64,000 bases of DNA from Saprospiraceae bacterium (GTDB taxonomy: Bacteria > Bacteroidota > Bacteroidia > Chitinophagales > Saprospiraceae): the NCBI GenBank assembly GCA_965248155.1, contig CBDFIO010000001.1:480009-544008 (forward strand). The letters are read 5' to 3'. This document shows, one piece after another, positions 8,304 to 17,796 of the stretch (within the stretch, counting starts at the first letter, position 1; the number at the start of each line of letters is the position of its first letter). Below the pieces are notes generated by a model, which made no database searches, was not told the origin of the DNA, and saw nothing but the letters and a program-made list of their open reading frames with translations. Position numbers and translations under genes: made by a program.

Positions 8304-10253
8304 TCAAATCAATTTAACATCCGCCTTAACTTCGAGAAGTCCAGGACCATCATGGTCGAATAGTTTGTTCATTGCATCTTCTAAGTCTTCTGTTTTTTGA
8401 ACTAAGATTCCTAATGCACCGCAGCTCTCAGCATAGGATGCAAAATTCGGATTGACAAGACTTGTAGCCCACACATCAAATTCTCCAGCTCTTTGTTCCT
8501 TGGATATTTTGCCCAGTTCATTATTGTTAAGCAAAATAATCTTAATTGGCATTTTGTATTTCACGGCAGTAGTCAATTCTGCGAGGTATTGACAAAATCC
8601 ACCATCACCTGCAACTGCAATTACAGGTTGATCACTTCCAACTGCAGCCCAGGCTCCAAGTGCTGCTGGAAGGGCAAACCCTATCGAGCCTAGATATCCG
8701 GACATCAGAAACCGATGATTATCACTTTCAAAATATCTACCAAAAGAATAAGCATTGTTTCCTACATCTACACACATGACTGCATTCTTTGGTGCTAATC
8801 GAGTCAATGTATCAAAAACAGCAATTGAGCTGATACCTTCACCTCTGTCCTCTAATAAGCGTTTTTGTTTTTCTGCACGCCAAATAGACCAGCGCTTTTC
8901 AATTTCCTCTCTTTGATTTACTTTATTGTCAGAGTTGGATAATTGCTGATTGAGCATTTCCACGGTAACAGAAATTTCTCCCCAAACGGGAATTTGTACT
9001 TTATGGAATTTACTCAAAGCCATTGGGTCAAAATCGATTTGTATTGTAGGAATTTTAGGTGTGATTCCCGTATGTTTTGAAAAAGAAGCTCCAATTACTA
9101 AGAGTAGATCAGCCTCATTCATAAACCAGGATGCAATCGGTGTTCCGCTCCTTCCTAAAACACCACAACCTAATGGATGACTATCTGAGATTTGTCCTTT
9201 TGCTTTAAAAGTAGTCATGACAGGACAATTCATTTTTTCTGCGAGGGCAATGACATTTTCCATGTGGAATCGAGCACCATGACCTACTATAATTGCCGGT
9301 CTTTGTGCTTTGTTTAACTGTTCTAAAGCTTCATTAAATGTTTCCTGAGGTGGTGCAATCGTCATCGGTGTTATCCTTCCTTTAGGAGTCTTTGATTTTG
9401 CTTTTGTAGATGCGGGAAGGGTTTGGATTTCATCCGGAAAAGTAAGATGAGAAACATCTCTTTTTATAATGGTATGCTTAATCGCTAGAAGCATAAGCTC
9501 TGCATGTCGACTGTTTTGCTGAACTCTATGATTGAATTCAGCAACAGTATCAAATGCTCTCACCAGATCTAATTCCTGAAAATTACCTGTACCTACGACC
9601 TGTGTTGCAACTTGTCCTGTCAATGCCAGGATTGGTGCACGGTCTACTTTTGCATCCCACAAGCCAGTATACATGTTGGTAGCTCCTGGTCCGGCAATTG
9701 CAAAACATGCAGCAGGTCTGCCCGTTAATTTACCATAGGCAGAAGCTGCGAAAGATGCTGCACCTTCATGTCTTATACCAATAAACTTGAGATTTCCTTT
9801 TTCTTCTTGTCGCTTTAAAGCATCAGCTAATCCCAAATTAGAATGACCCACCATGCCAAAAACTGTATCTATGCCCCAGTTGACCATGGTTTCTGCCATG
9901 ATATCTGTTATCGTAAATTCAGGATCTGCTTCTTTTTCTAATCCTACATAGATTCCATCCGCTTCAATCTTAATCGGAAAAGTATCTACACCATCATCAT
10001 ATCCAGGAATTTTCCCAGTACAAGGATTAAAATCCCAACCATGCCAGGGACACCTTAACATTCCATTTTCAATAGATCCTTCTCCAAGTGGACCACCCTG
10101 ATGTGGACATTTGTTATCCAAAGCACTAATCGTTCCCTCATATTTTGTCAGGCAAATCCCTTTATGACCAGCTGTTACAGTCATTACCCGCCCTTCCAAT
10201 AATTCATTTTCTTTATCTAGTACTTTATGCCAAACGATTTGATTTTCGTCCAT
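8304..10253 (-). CDS. Rieske [2Fe-2S] domain fused to a PoxB/acetolactate-synthase-type thiamine-diphosphate enzyme
   Basis: N-terminal CPHQGGPLGEGSIENGMLRCPWHGW (CxH..CxxH). Then the ThDP-enzyme N-domain (IRHEGAASFAASAYGKLTGRPAACFAIAGPGATNMYTGLWDAKVDRAPILALTGQV) and the C-terminal ThDP motif GDGGF...LNNNELG. Confidence 0.8.
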   Translation of the reverse strand: MDENQIVWHKVLDKENELLEGRVMTVTAGHKGICLTKYEGTISALDNKCPHQGGPLGEGSIENGMLRCPWHGWDFNPCTGKIPGYDDGVDTFPIKIEADGIYVGLEKEADPEFTITDIMAETMVNWGIDTVFGMVGHSNLGLADALKRQEEKGNLKFIGIRHEGAASFAASAYGKLTGRPAACFAIAGPGATNMYTGLWDAKVDRAPILALTGQVATQVVGTGNFQELDLVRAFDTVAEFNHRVQQNSRHAELMLLAIKHTIIKRDVSHLTFPDEIQTLPASTKAKSKTPKGRITPMTIAPPQETFNEALEQLNKAQRPAIIVGHGARFHMENVIALAEKMNCPVMTTFKAKGQISDSHPLGCGVLGRSGTPIASWFMNEADLLLVIGASFSKHTGITPKIPTIQIDFDPMALSKFHKVQIPVWGEISVTVEMLNQQLSNSDNKVNQREEIEKRWSIWRAEKQKRLLEDRGEGISSIAVFDTLTRLAPKNAVMCVDVGNNAYSFGRYFESDNHRFLMSGYLGSIGFALPAALGAWAAVGSDQPVIAVAGDGGFCQYLAELTTAVKYKMPIKIILLNNNELGKISKEQRAGEFDVWATSLVNPNFASYAESCGALGILVQKTEDLEDAMNKLFDHDGPGLLEVKADVKLI

Positions 10254-10254
10254 T

Positions 10255-11499
10255 TTAATAGATTTTTTTCACCAATTTAGAAATCGTTAGTCCTTGAATC
10301 AGTATGGAAAAAATAACCGTTCCATAGGTTAATAAGAGAATCGTGTTTTTTGAAAACTCCGGGGCCAATGAAAATGCCAAAGCCAGTGAGATACCGCCTT
10401 TTAATCCTCCCCATGTAAGAACATAGGTGGTTTTTAACCAGGAACTTTCTTCGTGTTTTAATAGGGAGCACGGAAGCCATACTGAAATAAACCTTGCAAT
10501 TAAAACCAAAATAATGGATAGCACCGCAAGTATTAAATAACTGCTATTTTCAATGACTATGAGATGAAATGCCAGACCTAAAAACACAAAGAGCACTCCA
10601 TTCAAACTATCATCAAGAATATGCCAAAAGCCAACAAGATTTTTTCTGGTTTCAGGGTTGAAATCAGGCGCTTTAATTTTACTACCAATATATAAACCGG
10701 CTACAACCATCGCTAATGGACCGGAAGTAAGTAATAACATAGCAATACTATAACCTCCAAAAACAACAGCAAGACTTAGTACAGTAGGTAAATAGATTTG
10801 ATCTTCAGATGACTTCATGAGTCTATAACCTCCAATACCCAATACGAGGCCTAATAGGAGACCCAGGAAAACTTCTTCGGCAAAAAGAAGCACGATTTCC
10901 AGGTATATATTGCTGCTTTGTTCCATCATTTCTCCCACACCACTAACAAGAAGAATAGCTGTAAAAACAATTACTCCAATTCCGTCATTAAATAAGGATT
11001 CACCTTCAATTTTCAACTTCAATGATTCACTGATATTCGTGTTTTTTAGTATTCCCAGTACGGCTATTGGATCAGTGGGTGAAATTAGAGCACCAAATAA
11101 CAGACAGTGCAGATATGGAATAGAACAGTTGATCATTTTTGCCAAATAAAAGAGTCCAGTTCCTACGAGGAACGTTGATATTAATACACCTACTGTTGCG
11201 AATAGAAGCACAGTTACTTTTTCCTTTTTCAATTTATTAATGTCAACATGTAATGCTCCGGCAAATAATAGGAAACCAAGCAATACATCCAGCATGATAT
11301 GTGTGAAGTCAGTATTCAGGATGAGATCACAAAAGAAACTATAAACTGGTGGAACCACCGGTCTTAAAGCGAGCACTATAATAGCCAAAATCAATGCCAT
11401 GATCATCTGTCCTATGGTCATTGGTAGTTTGAGCCATTTATAATTAATGAAGCTTAACAGCGCCGCGAGCGCAAACATTATGCTAAAGGATTCATACAT
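10255..11499 (-). CDS. CPA1-family Na+/H+ (cation:proton) antiporter
   Basis: About 12 TM segments with the family blocks LFGALISPTDPIAV and ESLFNDGIGVIVF. Confidence 0.8.
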   Translation of the reverse strand: MYESFSIMFALAALLSFINYKWLKLPMTIGQMIMALILAIIVLALRPVVPPVYSFFCDLILNTDFTHIMLDVLLGFLLFAGALHVDINKLKKEKVTVLLFATVGVLISTFLVGTGLFYLAKMINCSIPYLHCLLFGALISPTDPIAVLGILKNTNISESLKLKIEGESLFNDGIGVIVFTAILLVSGVGEMMEQSSNIYLEIVLLFAEEVFLGLLLGLVLGIGGYRLMKSSEDQIYLPTVLSLAVVFGGYSIAMLLLTSGPLAMVVAGLYIGSKIKAPDFNPETRKNLVGFWHILDDSLNGVLFVFLGLAFHLIVIENSSYLILAVLSIILVLIARFISVWLPCSLLKHEESSWLKTTYVLTWGGLKGGISLALAFSLAPEFSKNTILLLTYGTVIFSILIQGLTISKLVKKIY

Positions 11500-11500
11500 G

Positions 11501-12295
11501 TTATTCGTATTTCATTTTAATGTCATTAATATCTAAGTACAAAATATCCCAACTAGAAAACTTATTAGTGGTTCCAGTTACAGAAACTTTTTCAGCAACA
11601 TATTTTAATGTCTCTTTGTTTAATGGACTACCTTGCTTATCCAGCATAAGATAATATTTATAATCTTGATTATTGTCTTCAGGTTCATATCTAAAAACTG
11701 GAGGGATGCCACCACTTATGCATCTAATTGCACAGCTTTTATGAATCTTACCTTCTCCGGGTTTCATTACGCCGAAATAACATTTTGGATCCAAAATCTC
11801 GCCCTTGACAGAAATAAATTCTTTCGGAGTTAAATTGATTTCTTTTTTGGATGTTGCCTCAAGTTGTTGAATAAGAGAATCGTCTTTTTGAGTTAACTCC
11901 ATTAATGTCTTACCATCTCCTTTGATTAATGTTCCCGCCAATACAATTTTTTTTCTATGAAGAGATCCGGTTCTTTCCTGAATTTTATTCATTGTTGCAT
12001 TAGCACCAACTTTGCCAAATCCAACCAATAAAATCTCATTCGAAATGCCTTCAGGTAGTTGCCCCTCATCAGCTATTAACATGGGATAAGGTATATTATA
12101 ATAGAGTCCTGAAATCTGACTTGTTTTTCCTAATTGAAATGAATGAGTGTTAAAACCCTTTTGAAAAAAAACCAGTAAAAAAACAAAAACTGGAATCAAA
12201 GCAAAAAATAAAATTATTCGCTTTCTTAAAAAACGTCGATGCTCATCTCCCATTTTTTCCTGCCAACCAATATAAAATCTATCATCCTTATTCAT
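11501..12295 (-). CDS. Membrane-anchored hypothetical protein with a Cys-rich C-terminal motif
   Basis: One N-terminal TM helix. Motif DPKCYFGVMKPGEGKIHKSCAIRCISGGIPP. Overlaps the upstream gene by 8 bp and abuts the antiporter gene. Confidence 0.5.
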   Translation of the reverse strand: MNKDDRFYIGWQEKMGDEHRRFLRKRIILFFALIPVFVFLLVFFQKGFNTHSFQLGKTSQISGLYYNIPYPMLIADEGQLPEGISNEILLVGFGKVGANATMNKIQERTGSLHRKKIVLAGTLIKGDGKTLMELTQKDDSLIQQLEATSKKEINLTPKEFISVKGEILDPKCYFGVMKPGEGKIHKSCAIRCISGGIPPVFRYEPEDNNQDYKYYLMLDKQGSPLNKETLKYVAEKVSVTGTTNKFSSWDILYLDINDIKMKYE

Positions 12296-13334
12296 GAGAC
12301 TCTATTTTGGCAGGATCAACAAAGGTTCCTTCAAATTTGGGAGTAGGGTTTAACCAGACAGTATTCTCCCAAATACGTGTTTCATATGTTTTTACTTTTT
12401 CGGTAAAAGGCGGTGGAGATTGACCATTATGAGGCAGATATTGGTAGCCATGCCATGGACAGGTAATGCATCCATCTATAATTTTTCCTTCTCCTAAAGG
12501 TCCCATTTGATGTTTACAAACATTGTGCACTGCAGATACTTTATTGTTATACTTGAAAATGGCAATATTTTCACCTTTAATAAAAACTGTTTTAGCGCAA
12601 GATTCTGGAATTTCATGAATGGAAGCTATTTCATAGAATCCTTCTTTTTCCAATTTTGTTTTATTCGATTTTAAATTTTTTCTTTCATTCCATCCACTGT
12701 AGAAATGTAAAGTAGATACAACTAAAAAACCTGTAATCAACAGCGTCCAGTAAACAGGATGACTTTCATATTGCAATGCTCCTGTTGCGACATGAATGAT
12801 GATCAGGCCATAAGCAAAATAGACCATCATATGTAAAGCTTTCCAGATTTCAGGCGACAGGTTTTTAAGCCAAAAATCATGGCTCGTAACTGCCATTAAG
12901 TATAATATTATCAATGCAAAAAATCCTAATATTTGGAATGGAAATTCACTGATTGAAGTATAATTTAAATTAGAAGTAAATATACTTACAACAGGATTTG
13001 TATCGCCGAGGGTATGGAACTCAATCATACAGAATAGTCCATGAGTCAAAGCGAGTAAAAACATAGAGACGCCCATATGGCGCCTATTATAAAGTAAGGG
13101 TAAAAAAAGCTTATTTAGCCTGGAAACTGGTCCGATTATTAAAATCAAATGAAGTAATAAGAATGAGCAAAGACCTGTAGCTCTGATAATTAATGTTTCA
13201 ATTGTAATTTCAGGATGAAAAATGAATTGAAAAGCGATATAAGAAACGAAAAACAATAATATTCCTAACCATAGAATTTTGTCATATTCCTTCTTTTGCT
13301 TGTTCCATAGAACCGGGACATAATTATTGCTCAT
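12288..13334 (-). CDS. Ferric-reductase/MsrQ-like six-TM (di-haem b type) domain fused to a C-terminal Rieske [2Fe-2S] domain
   Basis: TM helices with spaced His residues (LLLHLIL, RRHMGV, LALTHG, ALHMMVYFAYGLIIIHV), then CKHQMGPLGEGKIIDGCITCPWHGY. Confidence 0.7.
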   Translation of the reverse strand: MSNNYVPVLWNKQKKEYDKILWLGILLFFVSYIAFQFIFHPEITIETLIIRATGLCSFLLLHLILIIGPVSRLNKLFLPLLYNRRHMGVSMFLLALTHGLFCMIEFHTLGDTNPVVSIFTSNLNYTSISEFPFQILGFFALIILYLMAVTSHDFWLKNLSPEIWKALHMMVYFAYGLIIIHVATGALQYESHPVYWTLLITGFLVVSTLHFYSGWNERKNLKSNKTKLEKEGFYEIASIHEIPESCAKTVFIKGENIAIFKYNNKVSAVHNVCKHQMGPLGEGKIIDGCITCPWHGYQYLPHNGQSPPPFTEKVKTYETRIWENTVWLNPTPKFEGTFVDPAKIESHE

Positions 13335-13416
13335 TGTATGGCAAGTATTATAATTAGAGAAACAAGCAGACTAATTACTACCCAACTATAAAAATGTCTG
13401 TGTCGTAATGAAGGCT

Positions 13417-13629
13417 TCATGATTTCGATACTCTAATCCATTTAATTAAAAAAAGAAGCCACAACAAGCTTAATCCCGGAAATATTAAGACCCTGAAAAG
13501 GAAGCTTGCATTTTTAGTGTTTGGATCTACTTGATGAATCCCTTTCCATAAAAATATTATTGAAAACAAAACTCCAAGCGCTAAGTAAAATCCAATACAG
13601 TTGATTAAAATGTTTATAATATTTTCCAT
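13417..13629 (-). CDS. Small two-TM membrane protein (70 aa)
   Basis: Two hydrophobic helices. It starts 8 bp downstream of the glutamate-synthase-like gene. Confidence 0.5.
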   Translation of the reverse strand: MENIINILINCIGFYLALGVLFSIIFLWKGIHQVDPNTKNASFLFRVLIFPGLSLLWLLFLIKWIRVSKS

Positions 13630-13637
13630 GATTTGAA

Positions 13638-14612
13638 TTATGATGAACTTACACCGGCAAATGGAATTCCGGTGAGTTTATGGATATCATAATGAAATGT
13701 ACTTAAATCATTAAAGTTAAACTTAGCTATATCATCATGACCACAAGACCTTGCAATCACTTTGATCAGATCATTCGATGCTCTAAAAAAGTTGTTAAGT
13801 TGATTCGCAGATGACTCGATAATCAATCGTTTTCTCAATCCTTCTTTCTGTGTAGCTATACCCACGGGACAATTATTAGAACCACAGGCACGCATTCCTA
13901 AACATCCAATAGCTTGCAGTGCAGAATTAGAGACGGCAATTGCATCTGCACCCAACATCATGGCTTTTGCAAAATCTTCGGGTACACGTAATCCTCCTGT
14001 GATAATGAGTGTGACATCATCTGCTTGTATACTATCAAGATGTTTTCTTGCTCTTGCTAGAGCAGGTATAGTTGGAACATTAATATTGTCTCTAAGAATC
14101 GTGGGTGCGGAACCTGTTCCACCACCTCGACCATCAAGAATGATATAATCTACACCAACTTCAAGTGCAAAATCAATATCTGCTTCAATATGACTAGCAG
14201 CAATTTTATAACCCACGGGAATGCCTCCTGTTCGTTCTCTCACTTCTTGGGCTACTTCCTTGAAATCTTTTGCGGTGAATAAATCTGGAAACGCGGCCGG
14301 AGATATGGCAGCACGACCTTCTTCCAATCCACGCACTCCTGCAATCTCCTTGGATACTTTATGAGCAGGAAGGTGACCTCCAGTACCTGTTTTTGCACCT
14401 TGACCTCCCTTAAAATGGAAAGCCTGTGATTTTGCTACTTTGTCGAGTGTATAGCCAAATTTACCTGAGGCTAATTCATAAAAGTATCTTGAATTATTTG
14501 CTTGTTCCTCTGGAAGCATTCCTCCTTCTCCACTACAAATTCCAGTTCCTGCCATTTCAACACCCATGGCCAAAGCAATTTTAGCTTCCCGGGATAAAGC
14601 GCCAAAACTCAT
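13638..14612 (-). CDS. FMN-dependent glutamate-synthase-domain-2-like oxidoreductase, C-terminal (TIM-barrel) part
   Basis: Begins exactly at the family motif MSFGALS. Also contains GEGG, FHFKGGQGAKTGTGGHLP, and DGRGGGTGSAP. Confidence 0.8.
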   Translation of the reverse strand: MSFGALSREAKIALAMGVEMAGTGICSGEGGMLPEEQANNSRYFYELASGKFGYTLDKVAKSQAFHFKGGQGAKTGTGGHLPAHKVSKEIAGVRGLEEGRAAISPAAFPDLFTAKDFKEVAQEVRERTGGIPVGYKIAASHIEADIDFALEVGVDYIILDGRGGGTGSAPTILRDNINVPTIPALARARKHLDSIQADDVTLIITGGLRVPEDFAKAMMLGADAIAVSNSALQAIGCLGMRACGSNNCPVGIATQKEGLRKRLIIESSANQLNNFFRASNDLIKVIARSCGHDDIAKFNFNDLSTFHYDIHKLTGIPFAGVSSS

Positions 14613-15250
14613 ATGGAAACAAAGATGGGCATATCAAGTAAAAGTGGTTTTTTGGCTTTTGGCCCTATGGTAACTTTAGTTTTAACCTCCTCATGATCTA
14701 ACAAGGGACGTGATGCCAGTTGTGCTGGAAGAAATTGAATGTTTTCCCATTTAGGAAGTGTATTCCGATCAACACCCATTGATGCTGATGGCCCATGATG
14801 TCCATATTTTTTTAATCCATTTTGAGTCAGTTCTTTGATGTATCGAGTATAAGGTTCAGTACTTTCTGGATGGGTGTCTGAATATTGTCCCAGGTACTGC
14901 TCCCGATCGAACGGTTGTGGATAATCAAGTAAATATTGATTTATTTCATTTTCATCTACCAATACAAAATCCTCGTGAATCTCCGAGTAGAATTTATGCA
15001 GGACTTCTTTATTATTGTATTCGCTTACTCCAGAGTCGATACGATAGTCCCATCCATGAAGTCCACATATTATATTATTACCATCAACATATCCATCCGC
15101 CATTAAAGCACCACGATGCAGGCAGCGTCCATATAGAACAGATACTTTTTCGTCATAGCGGAGGACCACAAGATCTAGTCCGTTAAGTTGTGCAGCTTTT
15201 GGTTTTCTGTCTTCAAGTGAGGAAAAGGAAGTTAGTTTTATCTTATGCAT
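14609..15250 (-). CDS. Rieske [2Fe-2S] domain plus the N-terminal segment of the same glutamate-synthase-like fold
   Basis: CLHRGALMADGYVDGNNIICGLHGW. The C-terminal half (...LPKWENIQFLPAQLASRPLL...LLLDMPIFVS) is the segment that normally precedes MSFGALS in a single polypeptide. There is an ATGA overlap with the next ORF. Confidence 0.75.
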   Translation of the reverse strand: MHKIKLTSFSSLEDRKPKAAQLNGLDLVVLRYDEKVSVLYGRCLHRGALMADGYVDGNNIICGLHGWDYRIDSGVSEYNNKEVLHKFYSEIHEDFVLVDENEINQYLLDYPQPFDREQYLGQYSDTHPESTEPYTRYIKELTQNGLKKYGHHGPSASMGVDRNTLPKWENIQFLPAQLASRPLLDHEEVKTKVTIGPKAKKPLLLDMPIFVSI

Positions 15251-15446
15251 TTGAATTCAGTTGATTTCGTTTAAAATTTGAATATCAATGTTACTTTATA
15301 GAAGCTATTCAATTCTATCTTTGATATGAACCTGATAAAATTGCAAATTGTTCAAATCCGCATCATTTCTTTTTTTATTGTTTACTGATTCAATAAATTC
15401 ATTTACATCCTTATCGGTTTCCTCATTGACTAATTTCTTCATAATA

Positions 15447-17209
15447 TCAATTCTCAATAATGAACCCTAACTCTTGAGAAATTTTTATATCATCAAGTGC
15501 TTTCTTGTTTTCATTCAAGGCTTTATGAATGATAGATCGGAAATAATAAAAAGATCCTTCGTCATTACTTAGATCTATAGCCCGATTGATATATTGGAGA
15601 GCTTCAGTGAAGTTGCCTAATTTTTGAAGTAGAATTGACATATTGTAATAAGAAAGAACATCTTCTGAATTCAATTCAATGAGTTTTGAAAAATCTACCA
15701 TTGCCAAACTATCTTGATTCAACCGCATTAATAATACAGCACGATTTCCGATAGCACGTTGATAGTCTGGGTATATTTCGATAGCTCTACTAAAATCCTC
15801 TAGTGCAGTTTGGTTGTTAGAAGAAGCTAAATTTGCAAGTCCTCTGTTATTGTAAGATTCATGTAAATCAGGATTTATTCTTATGCATTGATTACAATCC
15901 AATAGAGCACTATCAAACTTGCCGCTTTCATAATAACTGGAAGCTCTATTGCAATACGCAAGACGATGATCAGGGTATTTTTTTATAACATCGCTCCAGA
16001 GCGTAATATTGTTTTTCCACACTTTTGTTCTTTGATGACTAATGAAAACGAGTGAAACGATATAGAGGATAGCAACTGTTTTTATTATTTGTCGAGTAAA
16101 ACCTGTCTTTGTTTGTTTAGCGAAATAATTGACCCAAATAAATGAAATGATATAAAAGATGCCGATGTATGACAAGTAAGTAAATCGATCAGAAATAATA
16201 GCCTTTCCTGCTGGGATTATTTGTAAGACTGGAGCTATGCTAATAAGGAAAAACAGAAATCCGAATGCATAGTCTCTGTTTCTTTTCATTGATTTTATTG
16301 TAAAAAAGAATAGTGCTATACCAGGTAATATTGCTGCATATATATACCAAGGCATATCTCCGCCTGAAGTATAAGGATAAGGATGAAAAGCACAAAGATT
16401 GTACGGGAGGATACATTTAATGAGGTATACCATCATACCGTAAGCTCCTACGAAAATGCTTTTGTACCATTGAAGCTCTGATAATTCAAACATGGCTTGT
16501 CCGGCTTGCTGAGTTTTGATCAGAATAATTCCAAATACTATACTTAAAAGAAAGAAAGGAATTTTTTCGAAAAGGTTTTGCCTCCAATTTTTGTGTCGTA
16601 ATAAGTAGTCTATTGCTATTAGAATTACGGGCAATGTGACGGCCATTCCTTTTGCGAATAAGCTCAAAATGAAACAGGTCAAAGTAGCCAAATAGTACCG
16701 TAGTTTGTTTGAAGGTGACTTAAGATAATTCATGTAAAATACGAGAGCAAGCAGGTAGTAAAAACTATATAGAACATCCTTCCTTTCAGAAATCCATGCC
16801 ACAGATTCAACATGCATTGGATGGATGCCGAACAATAGAGCCGTAATAAATGCGATTGTTATATTATCCGATATTTTCCTGATAAATACATATACGAGAA
16901 AGGCATTTAGTAAATGCAGTACCAGATTATGAATATGATATAATGCAGCATCAAATCCGCCAAGACTATAATCAATAGCAAGTGAGATGAGTGTCATAGG
17001 ATGATATAATCCCTGCACTTGAAAAGTACCAAAGATATTGCAGAGCCCTGCCATGACAGGTCTTGGATCAGGAGATTGTCAAGAACATAAGCTGGATCAT
17101 CCCAATTAACCCAACCGTTGGAAACGACAGGAAACATTGCAGCACATGATCCCAATAGAACAATTAGGATAGGATAAGAACTTTGTTTAGACCATTTGGA
17201 ATTTTTCAA
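15447..17209 (-). pseudogene. Multi-TM DUF1736/TMTC-like protein with C-terminal TPR repeats, frameshifted near the 5' end
   Basis: ORFs 16994-17209 and 15447-17054 overlap. N-terminal ...NGWVNWDDPAYVLDN... and then YHPMTLISLAIDY, HPMHVESVAWISERKD are consecutive blocks of one family. One extra G after TGG (CC at 17051-17052 on the plus strand) restores DLSWAGLCNIFGTF. Confidence 0.7.
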
Positions 17210-17232
17210 TGAATATTGTTTCCCAAAGTATA

Positions 17233-17673
17233 TTATTGAGGCTTTTCCATATAAGATTTAAGACTATCTCTGATGAAGTAATTCCATCCTGCAATTCCGC
17301 TCTCTCTTTTAAACTCTGGAATATCTTGAGGAAAATCTTCTGTTACAATAGAAGTGACTTGCAATAATGTCTGATCATTATTTTGTGATAATTCAAAACT
17401 TACGAGACCAATTCCTGGATATCCCTCATAACGCCAGTCATAAGTGATCTTTGAATTAGAAACTACTTCTACTATTGTCCACAAATGAGGAAAGACTCGA
17501 TCTTCAAGTTGAACAATAAATTGTGTTTTAAATCCAACTTCAGGTTTGAAATCAGGAATATTATTAAAGAACCATTGCCTCATTTTATCGACATTGGTGA
17601 TAGCATCCCATACATCTTCAATTGAATTGCTAAAAGATTGTTCTACGATGATAGGAGGATCAGACTTTTTCAT
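17233..17673 (-). CDS. SRPBCC/AHSA1-like small protein
   Basis: 146 aa. The pattern (VWDAITN..KMRQWF ... ITYDW) is typical of Aha1-domain SRPBCC proteins. Confidence 0.55.
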   Translation of the reverse strand: MKKSDPPIIVEQSFSNSIEDVWDAITNVDKMRQWFFNNIPDFKPEVGFKTQFIVQLEDRVFPHLWTIVEVVSNSKITYDWRYEGYPGIGLVSFELSQNNDQTLLQVTSIVTEDFPQDIPEFKRESGIAGWNYFIRDSLKSYMEKPQ

Positions 17674-17796
17674 TGCTCTCTTGTTTGAATAAATAGATGT
17701 AGAATTAAATTGAATTGATTTTTACAAAAAACTCAAGATTCTATAAAGTTATACAAAACAAAAGTACTTCATCGGCCATCTTAGCAAAAAGCGACA

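Noticed and set aside
8493-9180. Plus-strand ORFs 8493-8693 and 8950-9180 (and similar ones at 10910-11149, 11633-11833, 13960-14148, 14917-15186)
   Set aside because: They are embedded antisense in long minus-strand genes with strong family motifs. They have no motif, and no start or RBS context of their own.
15305-15442. 45-aa minus-strand ORF (MKKLVNEETDKDVNEFIESVNNKKRNDADL...) between the TPR/TMTC-like gene and the Rieske cluster, vaguely like the N-terminus of DUF1801/YdhG proteins
   Set aside because: It is too short, and the resemblance is too weak to support a call by eye. It could be a gene remnant or a leader peptide. Left unannotated.
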